This document shows, one piece after another, positions 1 to 8,944 of a stretch of DNA of 64,000 bases (position 1 is its first letter; each line of letters opens with the position of its first letter). The notes under the pieces are model-generated. The model searched no databases and was not told where the DNA came from. It saw only the letters and a program-made list of their open reading frames with translations. A program made the translations under genes and the position numbers. The stretch is from positions 186,001 to 250,000 of IMG/VR virus record IMGVR_UViG_3300027749_002876. One strand, given 5' to 3'.

Positions 1-26
1 ACTAGTTAAGAGGTGCCGAAATATTT

Positions 27-1502
27 TTATTTTTCGTCTAAGTAATCTTCATTTAGTCCTAAATCGCTATGAGGGAAAGCTATATAGCTATCGCCGTGCT
101 CATCACCTATTCTAATGACAAATACTCCCGCATCGTCATCCCCGGATTCATTTTGTCCTATTTCCCAGCCCATTGAGTGTAATGTTTGTTGGGCTTGCCT
201 CATTTGTTGCTCAGTACCATTCCACCACATTGCGGCTAACTTACGTAGTATTTCTTCATCAGGCTCTCTATCATCACTGCCGTTAGGGGCAAACTCTGTC
301 AAATCAGTTATACGCATTGGCCCTCTACGTTTGAACTTATTGTTCTCTTGTTCATATGTAGTGGGGTAAGGAATACCTAAGCTCTCATCAACTTCACTGC
401 CTGTAATAGCTTGCAACAAAGCACGTGCAACTACACGATCCTTTTCCTTTTCATCTTCAGGAAGTTGACTATAAGATTGCATAGCTAACTTAGCACGTTT
501 TAATTTCTTCTCATCTGGTGTGGGAGTATCTAACTGTAGTTGGCCTTTATAGTCAGCTGCCGCTGTTACATTCCAACCTTTGTGAATAGCATCACTGATA
601 GCTTCAATATCGGTTACACCTGCATCAATTAGTCGCTTTGCGGCTTTTGCTGATTGCATATTTGCCATCCAACCAAAGTTTGCACCCGGTGTACTACGAC
701 CATAATGGTAGGCGTCATCTAACGCTTTATCGCTGATATGTGCAAGTTGTTCTACTGATAGACTTGCACCCTCTTTTACTTCTCGCGGTTTAATATGATT
801 TATAACTGCTGGGGTTTTCTTCTCAGGAGGAATATATACATGTTGTTTAGGCTGTGTTACTGTTTTTTGGATAGGCACTGATTTTACTACTGGATCAACT
901 TTGATATTCTCTGCTAACTCATTACCCATACCCATGTCTAACATTTTAACAACATTGGCAGCAAGCTTAGGGTTCTTTTGAGTGACTGGATATAAACTCA
1001 TAACCATTGCAGTCTTACGTTTATCATTCAATGTAGGCCAAGCATCACGTATCTCACTTGCACTTGTGATACCAGGACCAAACTCTACTGTAGGTAGATA
1101 TGTAATATATGCATGTTTGCTGAATGGTTGTAACCTTTTAGGTGGCCATGGTTGGAAGTAAGCCGGACTGCCATCTTTCTTCGTCCCACCTGGCTTAGGT
1201 TGTTCATTCTTATCTTTCTCACTACGAACAAAGATTAATACATCTTCGTTAGGATTGTAATGACTTGTGATTTCTTCTGCTTTGAAAGGACTTTTAACTT
1301 GTACAAAGTGTTTGTCAGCAACACCTGCAAGTTTTGCTAGTTTCTCTTTGATACTAAAAGGAAATGGTCTTGTTTTTGTATCATTGGTGGCGGCTACGTA
1401 TACATCAGCATCAGGAAAAGCCTTGATAGCACTTTGATACAGTGAAGCATGTCCTGCGTGAAACGGATGAAAGCCTCCCGGCATGACTACAATTTGTCTC
1501 AT
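27..1502 (-). CDS. HIGH-family (cytidylyltransferase-like) nucleotidyltransferase fused to a RyR-like domain and further small domains; probable head-packaged protein
   Basis: N-terminal PGGFHPFHAGH (HxGH) and SASEIR; central DAIHKGW...SYSQLPEDEKEKDR matches the RyR-repeat pattern; several hydrophobic-x-E sites between modules. Confidence 0.7.
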   Translation of the reverse strand: MRQIVVMPGGFHPFHAGHASLYQSAIKAFPDADVYVAATNDTKTRPFPFSIKEKLAKLAGVADKHFVQVKSPFKAEEITSHYNPNEDVLIFVRSEKDKNEQPKPGGTKKDGSPAYFQPWPPKRLQPFSKHAYITYLPTVEFGPGITSASEIRDAWPTLNDKRKTAMVMSLYPVTQKNPKLAANVVKMLDMGMGNELAENIKVDPVVKSVPIQKTVTQPKQHVYIPPEKKTPAVINHIKPREVKEGASLSVEQLAHISDKALDDAYHYGRSTPGANFGWMANMQSAKAAKRLIDAGVTDIEAISDAIHKGWNVTAAADYKGQLQLDTPTPDEKKLKRAKLAMQSYSQLPEDEKEKDRVVARALLQAITGSEVDESLGIPYPTTYEQENNKFKRRGPMRITDLTEFAPNGSDDREPDEEILRKLAAMWWNGTEQQMRQAQQTLHSMGWEIGQNESGDDDAGVFVIRIGDEHGDSYIAFPHSDLGLNEDYLDEK

Positions 1503-1503
1503 A

Positions 1504-1869
1504 TCAATAACTTAACTTTACGAAATTAACTACACCTTGTGAAAAATCTTCAACTTTGGCTCTCATATAAACATAGCTACCTTCAATGTTAGTATACGTT
1601 GAAGCATTGGAATTTGCATTGCCATCAGCTACTAATTCATATACTTTGAACCAATCATTTTCAGTCGGAGTTGTAGCTAATGTAGCTTGTATAATGATAT
1701 TACCATTAACTTCTGTTAGGTTAATGTTAACAGTTTGCAATGCTCTAGGTGTTATGATATATGATGCGGCTGGTTGTTCATCACCTACTACTGTATAAGC
1801 ATTACCGTTATCTACGGTTGCACTCCATGCAGTTTGTGGCAATAAAATGAGTGTAGTTGTTTGGCTCAT
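1504..1869 (-). CDS. hypothetical beta-rich protein, probably virion structural
   Basis: 121-aa ORF coupled to neighbours; IIIQATL...WF and YVYMRAKV resemble the C-terminal half of 53724..54491. Confidence 0.6.
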   Translation of the reverse strand: MSQTTTLILLPQTAWSATVDNGNAYTVVGDEQPAASYIITPRALQTVNINLTEVNGNIIIQATLATTPTENDWFKVYELVADGNANSNASTYTNIEGSYVYMRAKVEDFSQGVVNFVKLSY

Positions 1870-2033
1870 TATGCTTTTACAACCTCAACAACAACACTGT
1901 CGCCAATTAATTCTTGGGCAACTTGTTCTAAAGCCGTTTCTATTTCAGGACTAGTGATACTAGTACCTGAATCATTGTCTTTTACTATTTTACTAAAAGT
2001 GATTACGATTGATTCTGTTACAATCTTTGCCAT
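1869..2033 (-). CDS. small hypothetical protein, 54 aa (MAKIVTESIVITFSKIVKD...VVVEVVKA), absent from the ORF track
   Basis: ATG at 2033 preceded by GGAG and a late promoter; its TAA overlaps the next ATG (TAATG). Confidence 0.8.
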   Translation of the reverse strand: MAKIVTESIVITFSKIVKDNDSGTSITSPEIETALEQVAQELIGDSVVVEVVKA

Positions 2034-2035
2034 GG

Positions 2036-2065
2036 TAAATACTCCATTTTATTAGAGTATTTATC
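2036..2065 (-). promoter_or_regulatory. late promoter GATAAATA within a 9-bp hairpin that covers the SD
   Basis: TAAATACTC (2036-2044) / GAGTATTTA (2055-2063); promoter at 2058-2065. Confidence 0.7.
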
Positions 2066-2068
2066 ATT

Positions 2069-2800
2069 TTAAACAGCTTCTGGTCGTTTTTCTAATTTAT
2101 AGCGTTTTCCAAGCATATCCCCGTAAATCAATGCTAGATAGCTTAACGTGCTTTCATCATCGTAATCAATAAAATGACTAGCATTACTAAAACGATATCT
2201 CCAACTATGCTGATTTGTGTGAACCGAGCCTTTAGCCCAATGTTTTAGTGCAGGACTAGGGTATAGTGACTTGTTTTTCTTAAACATATCGTTCAGGTCT
2301 ATTGCAAATGTCCCCTCAACTCTCCTAGATTTTAGATAAACTCTAAATTTATGATTAGGATTACGCACAAAATGCTTAATCCCAATAAAGTTAGATATAT
2401 GTGATTGAGTTACATCTATTTCAATGCCTGGCATATAATTTACAATATCTTTTAACTCTTGTAAATCATTACTGAATACCCCTACAGTATTATGTTCAAT
2501 TCTAATTGTAGAATTTTTCTTCTTTTTTAAGTCATTACGCCACTTAAGAAATGATGCTAATATTGCCAAATTCTCACGCACTTCATCCCGTTCATATGAG
2601 ATAGTATTATGACTGTAGCCTACTGCAGGTGCTTCTAATCTATCAACTAATTCCTGAATGTCATGTTTAATGTACCATGTATAACGAACACCTACTAGAT
2701 TAAATCTAGCTCGGTATTCGTATTTGTTATAGTAATGCTGGTCCCGATATTCATAAAAATCAACACCCGGTACGTCTTCAACTGATTTCAATAATCCCAT
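2069..2800 (-). CDS. hypothetical protein
   Basis: 243-aa ORF overlapping the clpA end; C-terminal FIDYDDESTLSYLALIYG loosely resembles the 56-57 kb paralog motif. Confidence 0.7.
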   Translation of the reverse strand: MGLLKSVEDVPGVDFYEYRDQHYYNKYEYRARFNLVGVRYTWYIKHDIQELVDRLEAPAVGYSHNTISYERDEVRENLAILASFLKWRNDLKKKKNSTIRIEHNTVGVFSNDLQELKDIVNYMPGIEIDVTQSHISNFIGIKHFVRNPNHKFRVYLKSRRVEGTFAIDLNDMFKKNKSLYPSPALKHWAKGSVHTNQHSWRYRFSNASHFIDYDDESTLSYLALIYGDMLGKRYKLEKRPEAV

Positions 2801-5051
2801 CTTCGCCTACTCTTGCTGTTGATTTTTGTACAACGTTGTACTCAATACTATCTTCATTCATAACCGCTGTGATAACACTATTCTTAATGCGTTCAAAAAG
2901 AATCTTCTTACTCAATGGTACACGAATCAATTCATCGATCTTACGTGCTAGTGGTCTTGCACCCATCTTCTTATCATAACCCTGTTCAGCTAGATATTCA
3001 ATAACAGGTTCTGATAAGTTTAATGTAATATCGTGCTTGTCCAATAGTGATTCTTTAAGCTGTTCAGTAAACTTAATAACAATTTTCTTAATTGAAAGCA
3101 TGTCAAGTTTGTTAAACTTACATACTAAATCTAAACGATTTCTAAACTCGGGTTTAAAGAATTCTTTCAATGCTTTGTCATCTTCGCCAGTCTTTTCTTG
3201 ACTACCGAAGCCAATGTTGTTTCGTTCACTGTCACTACTACCTAAATTACTTGTTAAGATAATAACACAGTTCTTACAGTTAACTTCTTTACCATTAGAC
3301 CCAGTGACACGACCTTCATCTAACATCTGTAAAAAGATGTTAAAAATATCAGGGTGTGCTTTCTCTACTTCATCAAACAACAAGATACTGTGTGGGTTCT
3401 TGCTCAAGTCATTAACTAATCGTCCGCCACCGACTTGACTATCACCAAAGCCAACATAACCAGGGGGAGGACCAATCAAACTTGATACAGAATGTTTCTC
3501 ACCGTATTCACTCATATCATATTTGAGTAATGTCATGTCGAGGTTTTTACTTAATAACTTAGCCAATTCTGTTTTACCTGTACCTGTTGGGCCTAAGAAT
3601 AAGAAACTTGCTGTAGGCTTAGTTTCACTACCGATGCCTGCAAAACTAACATAGATACGTTCTAATACTTTGTCAATTGTTTCATCCTGACCATACAGTT
3701 TACCCTTGACGTTAACTTCAAGTGTTTGAATAAGATTCATATTATCACCACTAAGTTTGTCAGCAGGTACACCTGTAAAGCGTTCAACCTGTTGAAAAAT
3801 CATATCTTTGGTGATTTGAATTCCCTTATTGCCATCAACACGTTGACGGGCACAAGCCGCATCAAGTAAATCAATACTTTTGTCAGGGTTTTTACGGTCA
3901 TGAATATATCGTAAAGCTGATTCAACTGAGGCAATAACTGCTTCACTTGTAATTTCAACGTCATGGAAGTCATTTAATCGTGTGCTTAATCCAGTAAGAA
4001 TACTAATTGTACTTTCTTTACTTGGCTCATCAATAGAGACACGATAGAATCTACGCATTAATGCACGATCCTTCTCAAACGATTCGTAATATTCTTCCCA
4101 AGTAGTACTGGCGATAACTTTCAATGTACCTTTAGTGATAGCTGGTTTAATTAAGTTAGCAAAGTCAACCGCACCACCATTTGCATTACCACTACCACTC
4201 ATTGTATGAGCCTCATCAATGAATAATATTGCTTTCTTTTTTGTGTTAAGTGCTTCTAATACACCTTTAACTTTTTCTTCAAAGTCACCGCGATATTTAC
4301 TTCCAGCAAGTAGTGAACCTACTTCAAGACTATATACTTCATGTCCAACAATAAATTCAGGACAATCACCTAGTGCAATTGAATTAGCAAGACCTTCAGC
4401 GATAGCAGTTTTACCTACACCCGGATCACCTACCATCAATACATTTGCTTTAAATCGTTTAGCAAGAACATTAATGATTTCATCTAATTCTTTTGTTCTT
4501 CCAATTAGAGGTTCTAATTTATTTTGACGGGCAAGTTCACTTAGATTAGTAGTATATTCTTCTAAGATTTCATCTGCTTGACCTTCACTTAATTTACTGG
4601 TAAATTCAGCACCCTTGTATGTTTTTTGCCAGTGATTTACAAACTCTTGTTTATTGACACCATATTTCAATAAGAAATAATGTGCATGACTATTACCTTC
4701 ACTTGCCATACTTAAGTACAAGTCAATTGTAGTAACTTGTCTACGACCGGTAAATAACACTTGTGTTACACTACGATTCATAACACGTTCTAAACTGTTT
4801 GTTTTACGTGGTTGAACTTGGTCAACTGTAACGTTACTTAGTTCAATTGCATGTAGTCCATCAAGATAGCTAGTTACTTCCTGAACCATTAAATTAACAT
4901 CAGCTCCAAAACTATCCAGACATTTATTAAATGGTGTATGGGTAATTAATGCTAACAATAAATGCTCAACTGTGCAATATTGATGTTTTCTTTCTTTTGC
5001 AAAAGAAATAGCCTGTTCAATAATGTTTTCGATTTCGGGTGAATTGGTCAA
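2778..5051 (-). CDS. clpA: ClpA-like Hsp100 AAA+ unfoldase
   Basis: Clp N-domain (EHLLLAL); Walker A motifs GDPGVGKT and GPTGTGKT; pore loops KYRG and GYVG; IGF loop (NNIGFG); GARPL; no ClpB middle coiled coil; TTG start after AAGGA. Confidence 0.92.
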   Translation of the reverse strand: MTNSPEIENIIEQAISFAKERKHQYCTVEHLLLALITHTPFNKCLDSFGADVNLMVQEVTSYLDGLHAIELSNVTVDQVQPRKTNSLERVMNRSVTQVLFTGRRQVTTIDLYLSMASEGNSHAHYFLLKYGVNKQEFVNHWQKTYKGAEFTSKLSEGQADEILEEYTTNLSELARQNKLEPLIGRTKELDEIINVLAKRFKANVLMVGDPGVGKTAIAEGLANSIALGDCPEFIVGHEVYSLEVGSLLAGSKYRGDFEEKVKGVLEALNTKKKAILFIDEAHTMSGSGNANGGAVDFANLIKPAITKGTLKVIASTTWEEYYESFEKDRALMRRFYRVSIDEPSKESTISILTGLSTRLNDFHDVEITSEAVIASVESALRYIHDRKNPDKSIDLLDAACARQRVDGNKGIQITKDMIFQQVERFTGVPADKLSGDNMNLIQTLEVNVKGKLYGQDETIDKVLERIYVSFAGIGSETKPTASFLFLGPTGTGKTELAKLLSKNLDMTLLKYDMSEYGEKHSVSSLIGPPPGYVGFGDSQVGGGRLVNDLSKNPHSILLFDEVEKAHPDIFNIFLQMLDEGRVTGSNGKEVNCKNCVIILTSNLGSSDSERNNIGFGSQEKTGEDDKALKEFFKPEFRNRLDLVCKFNKLDMLSIKKIVIKFTEQLKESLLDKHDITLNLSEPVIEYLAEQGYDKKMGARPLARKIDELIRVPLSKKILFERIKNSVITAVMNEDSIEYNVVQKSTARVGEDGIIEIS

Positions 5052-5074
5052 AGTTTTGTTTTCCTTTTGTTTAT

Positions 5075-5884
5075 TTACTTAGATTTAGCACGTATAATGC
5101 TATCAGTTATTTCTTTATCAATTATATCAGGTAAAATAGGTTTTATCAATATGATTTGGTCTCCGTAAATTGATGTAGATTGAATTGGCATACCTTCTTT
5201 GGCTATTTTTAAATGCATATGAGGCTGTGTTCTGGGTGGTACTGTAACCATTAATTTTTTACCAGAAAAAGTAGTGAATTCAATATCTGTTCCTACAATC
5301 AAATCTAATACCGATACAGGTTGTGTGCAGTATAAATCATTTCCTCTTCTTTCAAATTTTAAATGATTTTGAATAATAAATTCAACAATTAATATAGCCT
5401 GAGGAATAACATTCTCATAGCGTACCTGTGACCCGTGATTAACACCTTTGGGAATTTCAATAGTAATTGCATGGTTACCATGAGGTGTTTGTAATTGTAA
5501 ATTTTGACTATCACCATGGTATGCTTGTTCTAATGTAATATTAACCTGTGTCCTAAATGCATGTGGAGTGTTTGGACGTCTAGCATTATGTTGTTGAAAC
5601 ATTTGGCCAAACAAATCGTTTATATCATTATTGAAGTTAAAATTAAATCCACCTCCGCCCCCACCCGGAAATCCGAATGGATTACCTTGCGGCATTGGGT
5701 TATCATATTGTTTTCGTTGATTTGGGTCACTAAGAATGCGATATGCTTCTTCTATCTTTTGAAATGTAGCAGTATCACCACCTTTATCAGGGTGATGTTT
5801 ACCTGCTAGTTTTCTATATGCTTTTTTTATATCGTCTGGTGTAGATTTTTTACCTACACCTAGAATTGAGTAATAGTCTGTCAT
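5075..5884 (-). CDS. dnaJ: DnaJ/CbpA-type (class II) co-chaperone
   Basis: J domain DYYSILGV...HPDKGG, G/F-rich linker, C-terminal domain, no zinc finger. Confidence 0.92.
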   Translation of the reverse strand: MTDYYSILGVGKKSTPDDIKKAYRKLAGKHHPDKGGDTATFQKIEEAYRILSDPNQRKQYDNPMPQGNPFGFPGGGGGGFNFNFNNDINDLFGQMFQQHNARRPNTPHAFRTQVNITLEQAYHGDSQNLQLQTPHGNHAITIEIPKGVNHGSQVRYENVIPQAILIVEFIIQNHLKFERRGNDLYCTQPVSVLDLIVGTDIEFTTFSGKKLMVTVPPRTQPHMHLKIAKEGMPIQSTSIYGDQIILIKPILPDIIDKEITDSIIRAKSK

Positions 5885-5891
5885 AATATCA

Positions 5892-5920
5892 AGTATAACA
5901 CAGTTAGTGTGTTAAGTCAA
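5892..5920 (-). promoter_or_regulatory. sigma70-type promoter TTGACT-N17-TATACT, 7 nt before the dnaJ ATG
   Basis: direct motif match; TG one base upstream of -10; no SD. Confidence 0.75.
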
Positions 5921-5926
5921 TATTTA

Positions 5927-6532
5927 TTATGATTTGCCTTCAATTTTTTCTTTTGTTCGCCCATATGCGGCTATACCAAGAACAGCACCCATAGCTATGT
6001 GATAAAGACCAGCACCTTGCAATGTTAATGGTTGCCATTGCATAGTGACACTACCCTTACTCATTGCTTGTAATAAACTCCATAGTATGGGGAATACAAC
6101 AAAGTCCATTGTACAAGTTAACATATAGATCCAACCCATAACTGGACGCCATTTTTTGTTGATCCAATCTGTATTATCATTAGCTACTAATACATCTGCA
6201 CCACTGGCGGCATTTGTTGGAGCGGCTCCTGTGAGTACTGGTTGATTGCTGTTTGATTGATTAATGTTTTGTGTGCTTCCGAATCCTGAACTTGACTGTT
6301 GATTGAAGCCTGGACTTGAAAACGATCCTGATGAACCAAACGAACCACCACCGAAGCCTCCTGTCGAAGGTGAGCCAAATGCTGAACTCCCGCCAAATGA
6401 TGTGTTTGAACCATAACTACTACCTTGAGGAAATTGTTGAATTGACGGATCAGATGCTAGCATCTCATGGTGCTCATCATCTAACGCCATTGGTTGTTCA
6501 AAATTAGTTTTCTTAGGTAATATAGTTTCCAT
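5927..6532 (-). CDS. membrane protein resembling the GTA 3TM holin family, with an FG/S/G-rich N-terminal region
   Basis: WRPVMGWIY...LGIAAYGRTKEK with two clear hydrophobic segments. Confidence 0.6.
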   Translation of the reverse strand: METILPKKTNFEQPMALDDEHHEMLASDPSIQQFPQGSSYGSNTSFGGSSAFGSPSTGGFGGGSFGSSGSFSSPGFNQQSSSGFGSTQNINQSNSNQPVLTGAAPTNAASGADVLVANDNTDWINKKWRPVMGWIYMLTCTMDFVVFPILWSLLQAMSKGSVTMQWQPLTLQGAGLYHIAMGAVLGIAAYGRTKEKIEGKS

Positions 6533-7083
6533 TACAATCCTGCCATTGATTTGAATGCTCTTAAATCAGCATCTTGTTTACCGGAATGTATTGGTTTAAC
6601 ATCTAGTCCTGCTCTATGGCGCATCTCATTTAAATCTTCTTCACGTTCTTCTTCAACACGATAATTATGCGGTGATAAAACTAGTACTTGTTTTAGTACT
6701 TCTTCACTTGGTTCGTATTCTTCGTCATCTACCATGATAGTCCAATCAGTTAATTTCATGTCAGTTAGTGTTTTTAAATCTTCTAACAATTCAATGATAC
6801 GTGCCGGAACACTACTTCTACGATTCATTTCAACAAATACAAGATATCTACCGGGTGACACTTCACCTTCACTAACTTGTGCATCTAATACAAAATCATA
6901 TCCACGTTCAAACCAATCACACAAATCATCGCCGGCTTGTTTGTTTTTAATAGTAAATGCCAATGTAACAATCTCACTATCTTTACCCATATGTGCGGCA
7001 TATTCATCTATCGTAACTTCAGGTAACATTTGACCTTCTAAGTCGTGATAGTCTAACCCTTCATTGATTATAACTTTACTCAT
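6532..7083 (-). CDS. hypothetical protein, probable head-associated (start revised to MSKVIINE)
   Basis: ATG 1 nt after the upstream stop; INE/LNE sites; RHRAGL and KSMAGL motifs. Confidence 0.65.
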   Translation of the reverse strand: MSKVIINEGLDYHDLEGQMLPEVTIDEYAAHMGKDSEIVTLAFTIKNKQAGDDLCDWFERGYDFVLDAQVSEGEVSPGRYLVFVEMNRRSSVPARIIELLEDLKTLTDMKLTDWTIMVDDEEYEPSEEVLKQVLVLSPHNYRVEEEREEDLNEMRHRAGLDVKPIHSGKQDADLRAFKSMAGL

Positions 7084-7084
7084 A

Positions 7085-7711
7085 TTATATTGTTCCCATT
7101 GGAGGAGGTGCATTGGCGTCCATTGGCATATTGCCTGTCATACCGGGCATCTGTTGTTGGTCTTGTCCACCATCTTCACTACCATCACTATCTTCTTCGT
7201 CTAAATCGTCCTCATATGAATTATCTAACTCATTCAAATCAATATTTTGACCAGCTAAATCAATACTACCTTCACGGATATCATCCATGATTTCTTTAGG
7301 CATTTCTATGTAGACTAGCCATACTTGTTTTTTCTGCATTTTTGGATAACGTGTCCCGGGCACATAATCATCAGGATTTTCTACTTCAACCGGAACTTCA
7401 ATCTTAGTTTTTTTCCATTGTATTTTGCAACCTAATTTAACTAAACGTTTAGCCCCACTTGGGTCAGGCATTAGTTTATATGGCCACATGAACATACATC
7501 CCACTGAGTAGCGTTTAACTACCGGGCCTTGAACTAACTCACCTAGCTGCCAGTTTCTGAAGGCATATATATCAGCTTCATCTAAAACACGTTCAAAATC
7601 TAATAATACGGACATAGAACCATTGCTGGTATATATCCCTTTTATGGTGCTAATAATGCTGACATAATCAACATCATCAAAAAAATCGTCGGCGACAGGT
7701 AAAGTACTCAT
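7085..7711 (-). CDS. hypothetical late protein with acidic tail
   Basis: 208-aa ORF; GATAAATA 5 nt upstream of ATG. Confidence 0.7.
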   Translation of the reverse strand: MSTLPVADDFFDDVDYVSIISTIKGIYTSNGSMSVLLDFERVLDEADIYAFRNWQLGELVQGPVVKRYSVGCMFMWPYKLMPDPSGAKRLVKLGCKIQWKKTKIEVPVEVENPDDYVPGTRYPKMQKKQVWLVYIEMPKEIMDDIREGSIDLAGQNIDLNELDNSYEDDLDEEDSDGSEDGGQDQQQMPGMTGNMPMDANAPPPMGTI

Positions 7712-7716
7712 ATATG

Positions 7717-7724
7717 TATTTATC
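7717..7724 (-). promoter_or_regulatory. late promoter GATAAATA, 5 nt before ATG; second copy at 7772-7779
   Basis: T4 TATAAATA-like motif that recurs before many late genes in this window. Confidence 0.75.
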
Positions 7725-7879
7725 TTATTACAATATTATAGATAGATTTCAAAAGTTTGGGAATAGCCTAATATTTATCATTGGAACTTGTGTTAAAAGT
7801 ATGCTACTATGTACGTAAACATTGACCTTAAATAATATTGAGTGTTATGAGAACTCACGCTCTACAAAGGAGAATCAAC

Positions 7880-8662
7880 TTGAGCAAAAGAAAAACTAGC
7901 GCATTAAAGACTACAGACACACGTTTTTTACACAACAAAAAAGAAGGTAAAACATTTTATATAAATGAATCAAAGACGATAGATTTCACACAGGCAACTC
8001 AGAAACCAAGAGTACGTAAACCCGTAGAACTCATCCCAAAATCCATAAATCAAGAAAAATACATATTAGCATTACTTGATGATAAGACAGATATAGTCGT
8101 GGTTTCGGGACCTGCAGGGACAGGGAAAACGTATCTTGCCATGCAAGCCGCTATCAAAGCAATGCGAAACGGTGACTGTGACAGGATTATCTTAACTAGA
8201 CCTGCTGTAGGTGTTGATGATGAAAAACATGGTTTCTTACCGGGCGATATCAATCAAAAGATGGAACCTTGGACTAGACCATTATTAGATGTGTTACGTG
8301 AGTATTATTCAACTAAAGAAATTGCCGATATGCTAGAAGAACAAATAGTGGAGATAGCTCCGTTAGCGTTCTGTAGAGGTCGCAACTTTAAAAACAGTTG
8401 GGTTGTACTTGATGAGGCTCAAAACGCAACCCCAAGCCAGTTAAAAATGATTATGACACGTATCGGGATCGGTAGTAAGATTGTCATCACTGGTGATGTA
8501 GAACAAACAGATAGACGCACGCCTGAGAATGGGCTCCTAGACCTTTTAACAAAGCTAGATGGTGGAAAGGGGGTGATTCCAGGCTTAGCGTCTTGCAAGT
8601 TCGATATGCGTGACATACAACGTCACAAAATTATCGAACACATCCTAAAGATGTACGCATAA
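7880..8662 (+). CDS. phoH: PhoH-family ATPase (likely TTG start at 7880)
   Basis: GPAGTGKT, LTRPAV, GFLPG, RGR, DEAQN, TGD..QTD; AAGGAG just upstream of the TTG. Confidence 0.95.
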   Translation: MSKRKTSALKTTDTRFLHNKKEGKTFYINESKTIDFTQATQKPRVRKPVELIPKSINQEKYILALLDDKTDIVVVSGPAGTGKTYLAMQAAIKAMRNGDCDRIILTRPAVGVDDEKHGFLPGDINQKMEPWTRPLLDVLREYYSTKEIADMLEEQIVEIAPLAFCRGRNFKNSWVVLDEAQNATPSQLKMIMTRIGIGSKIVITGDVEQTDRRTPENGLLDLLTKLDGGKGVIPGLASCKFDMRDIQRHKIIEHILKMYA

Positions 8663-8685
8663 AAATGGGGCTTAGGCCCCATTTT
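8662..8685. terminator. bidirectional intrinsic terminator between convergent genes
   Basis: AAAATGGGGC-TTAG-GCCCCATTTT. Confidence 0.8.
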
Positions 8686-8944
8686 GTTTGGCAGTAATTC
8701 CTGCTTCTTTTTCTAACTGTTCAATAAGATTGGTATATATTTTCTTATAGTATTCATTCATCTTATCAAAATCAGTATCAACTATCTTACCTTCAATTAC
8801 GCACTTTTCTACTTTTTTCTTTGCGTAATCAATAATAACATTGCAGGTTTGTAAGTCTGCTTTTTTAATATTTTTACTTACAGCAACAGACTCATCAATC
8901 TGCCCGCCCGGTCTTCTCATAAATGTAATGAGTAAATATCTCAT
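8672..8944 (-). CDS. hypothetical protein
   Basis: 90 aa; ATGA overlap with the clamp-loader gene. Confidence 0.7.
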   Translation of the reverse strand: MRYLLITFMRRPGGQIDESVAVSKNIKKADLQTCNVIIDYAKKKVEKCVIEGKIVDTDFDKMNEYYKKIYTNLIEQLEKEAGITAKQNGA

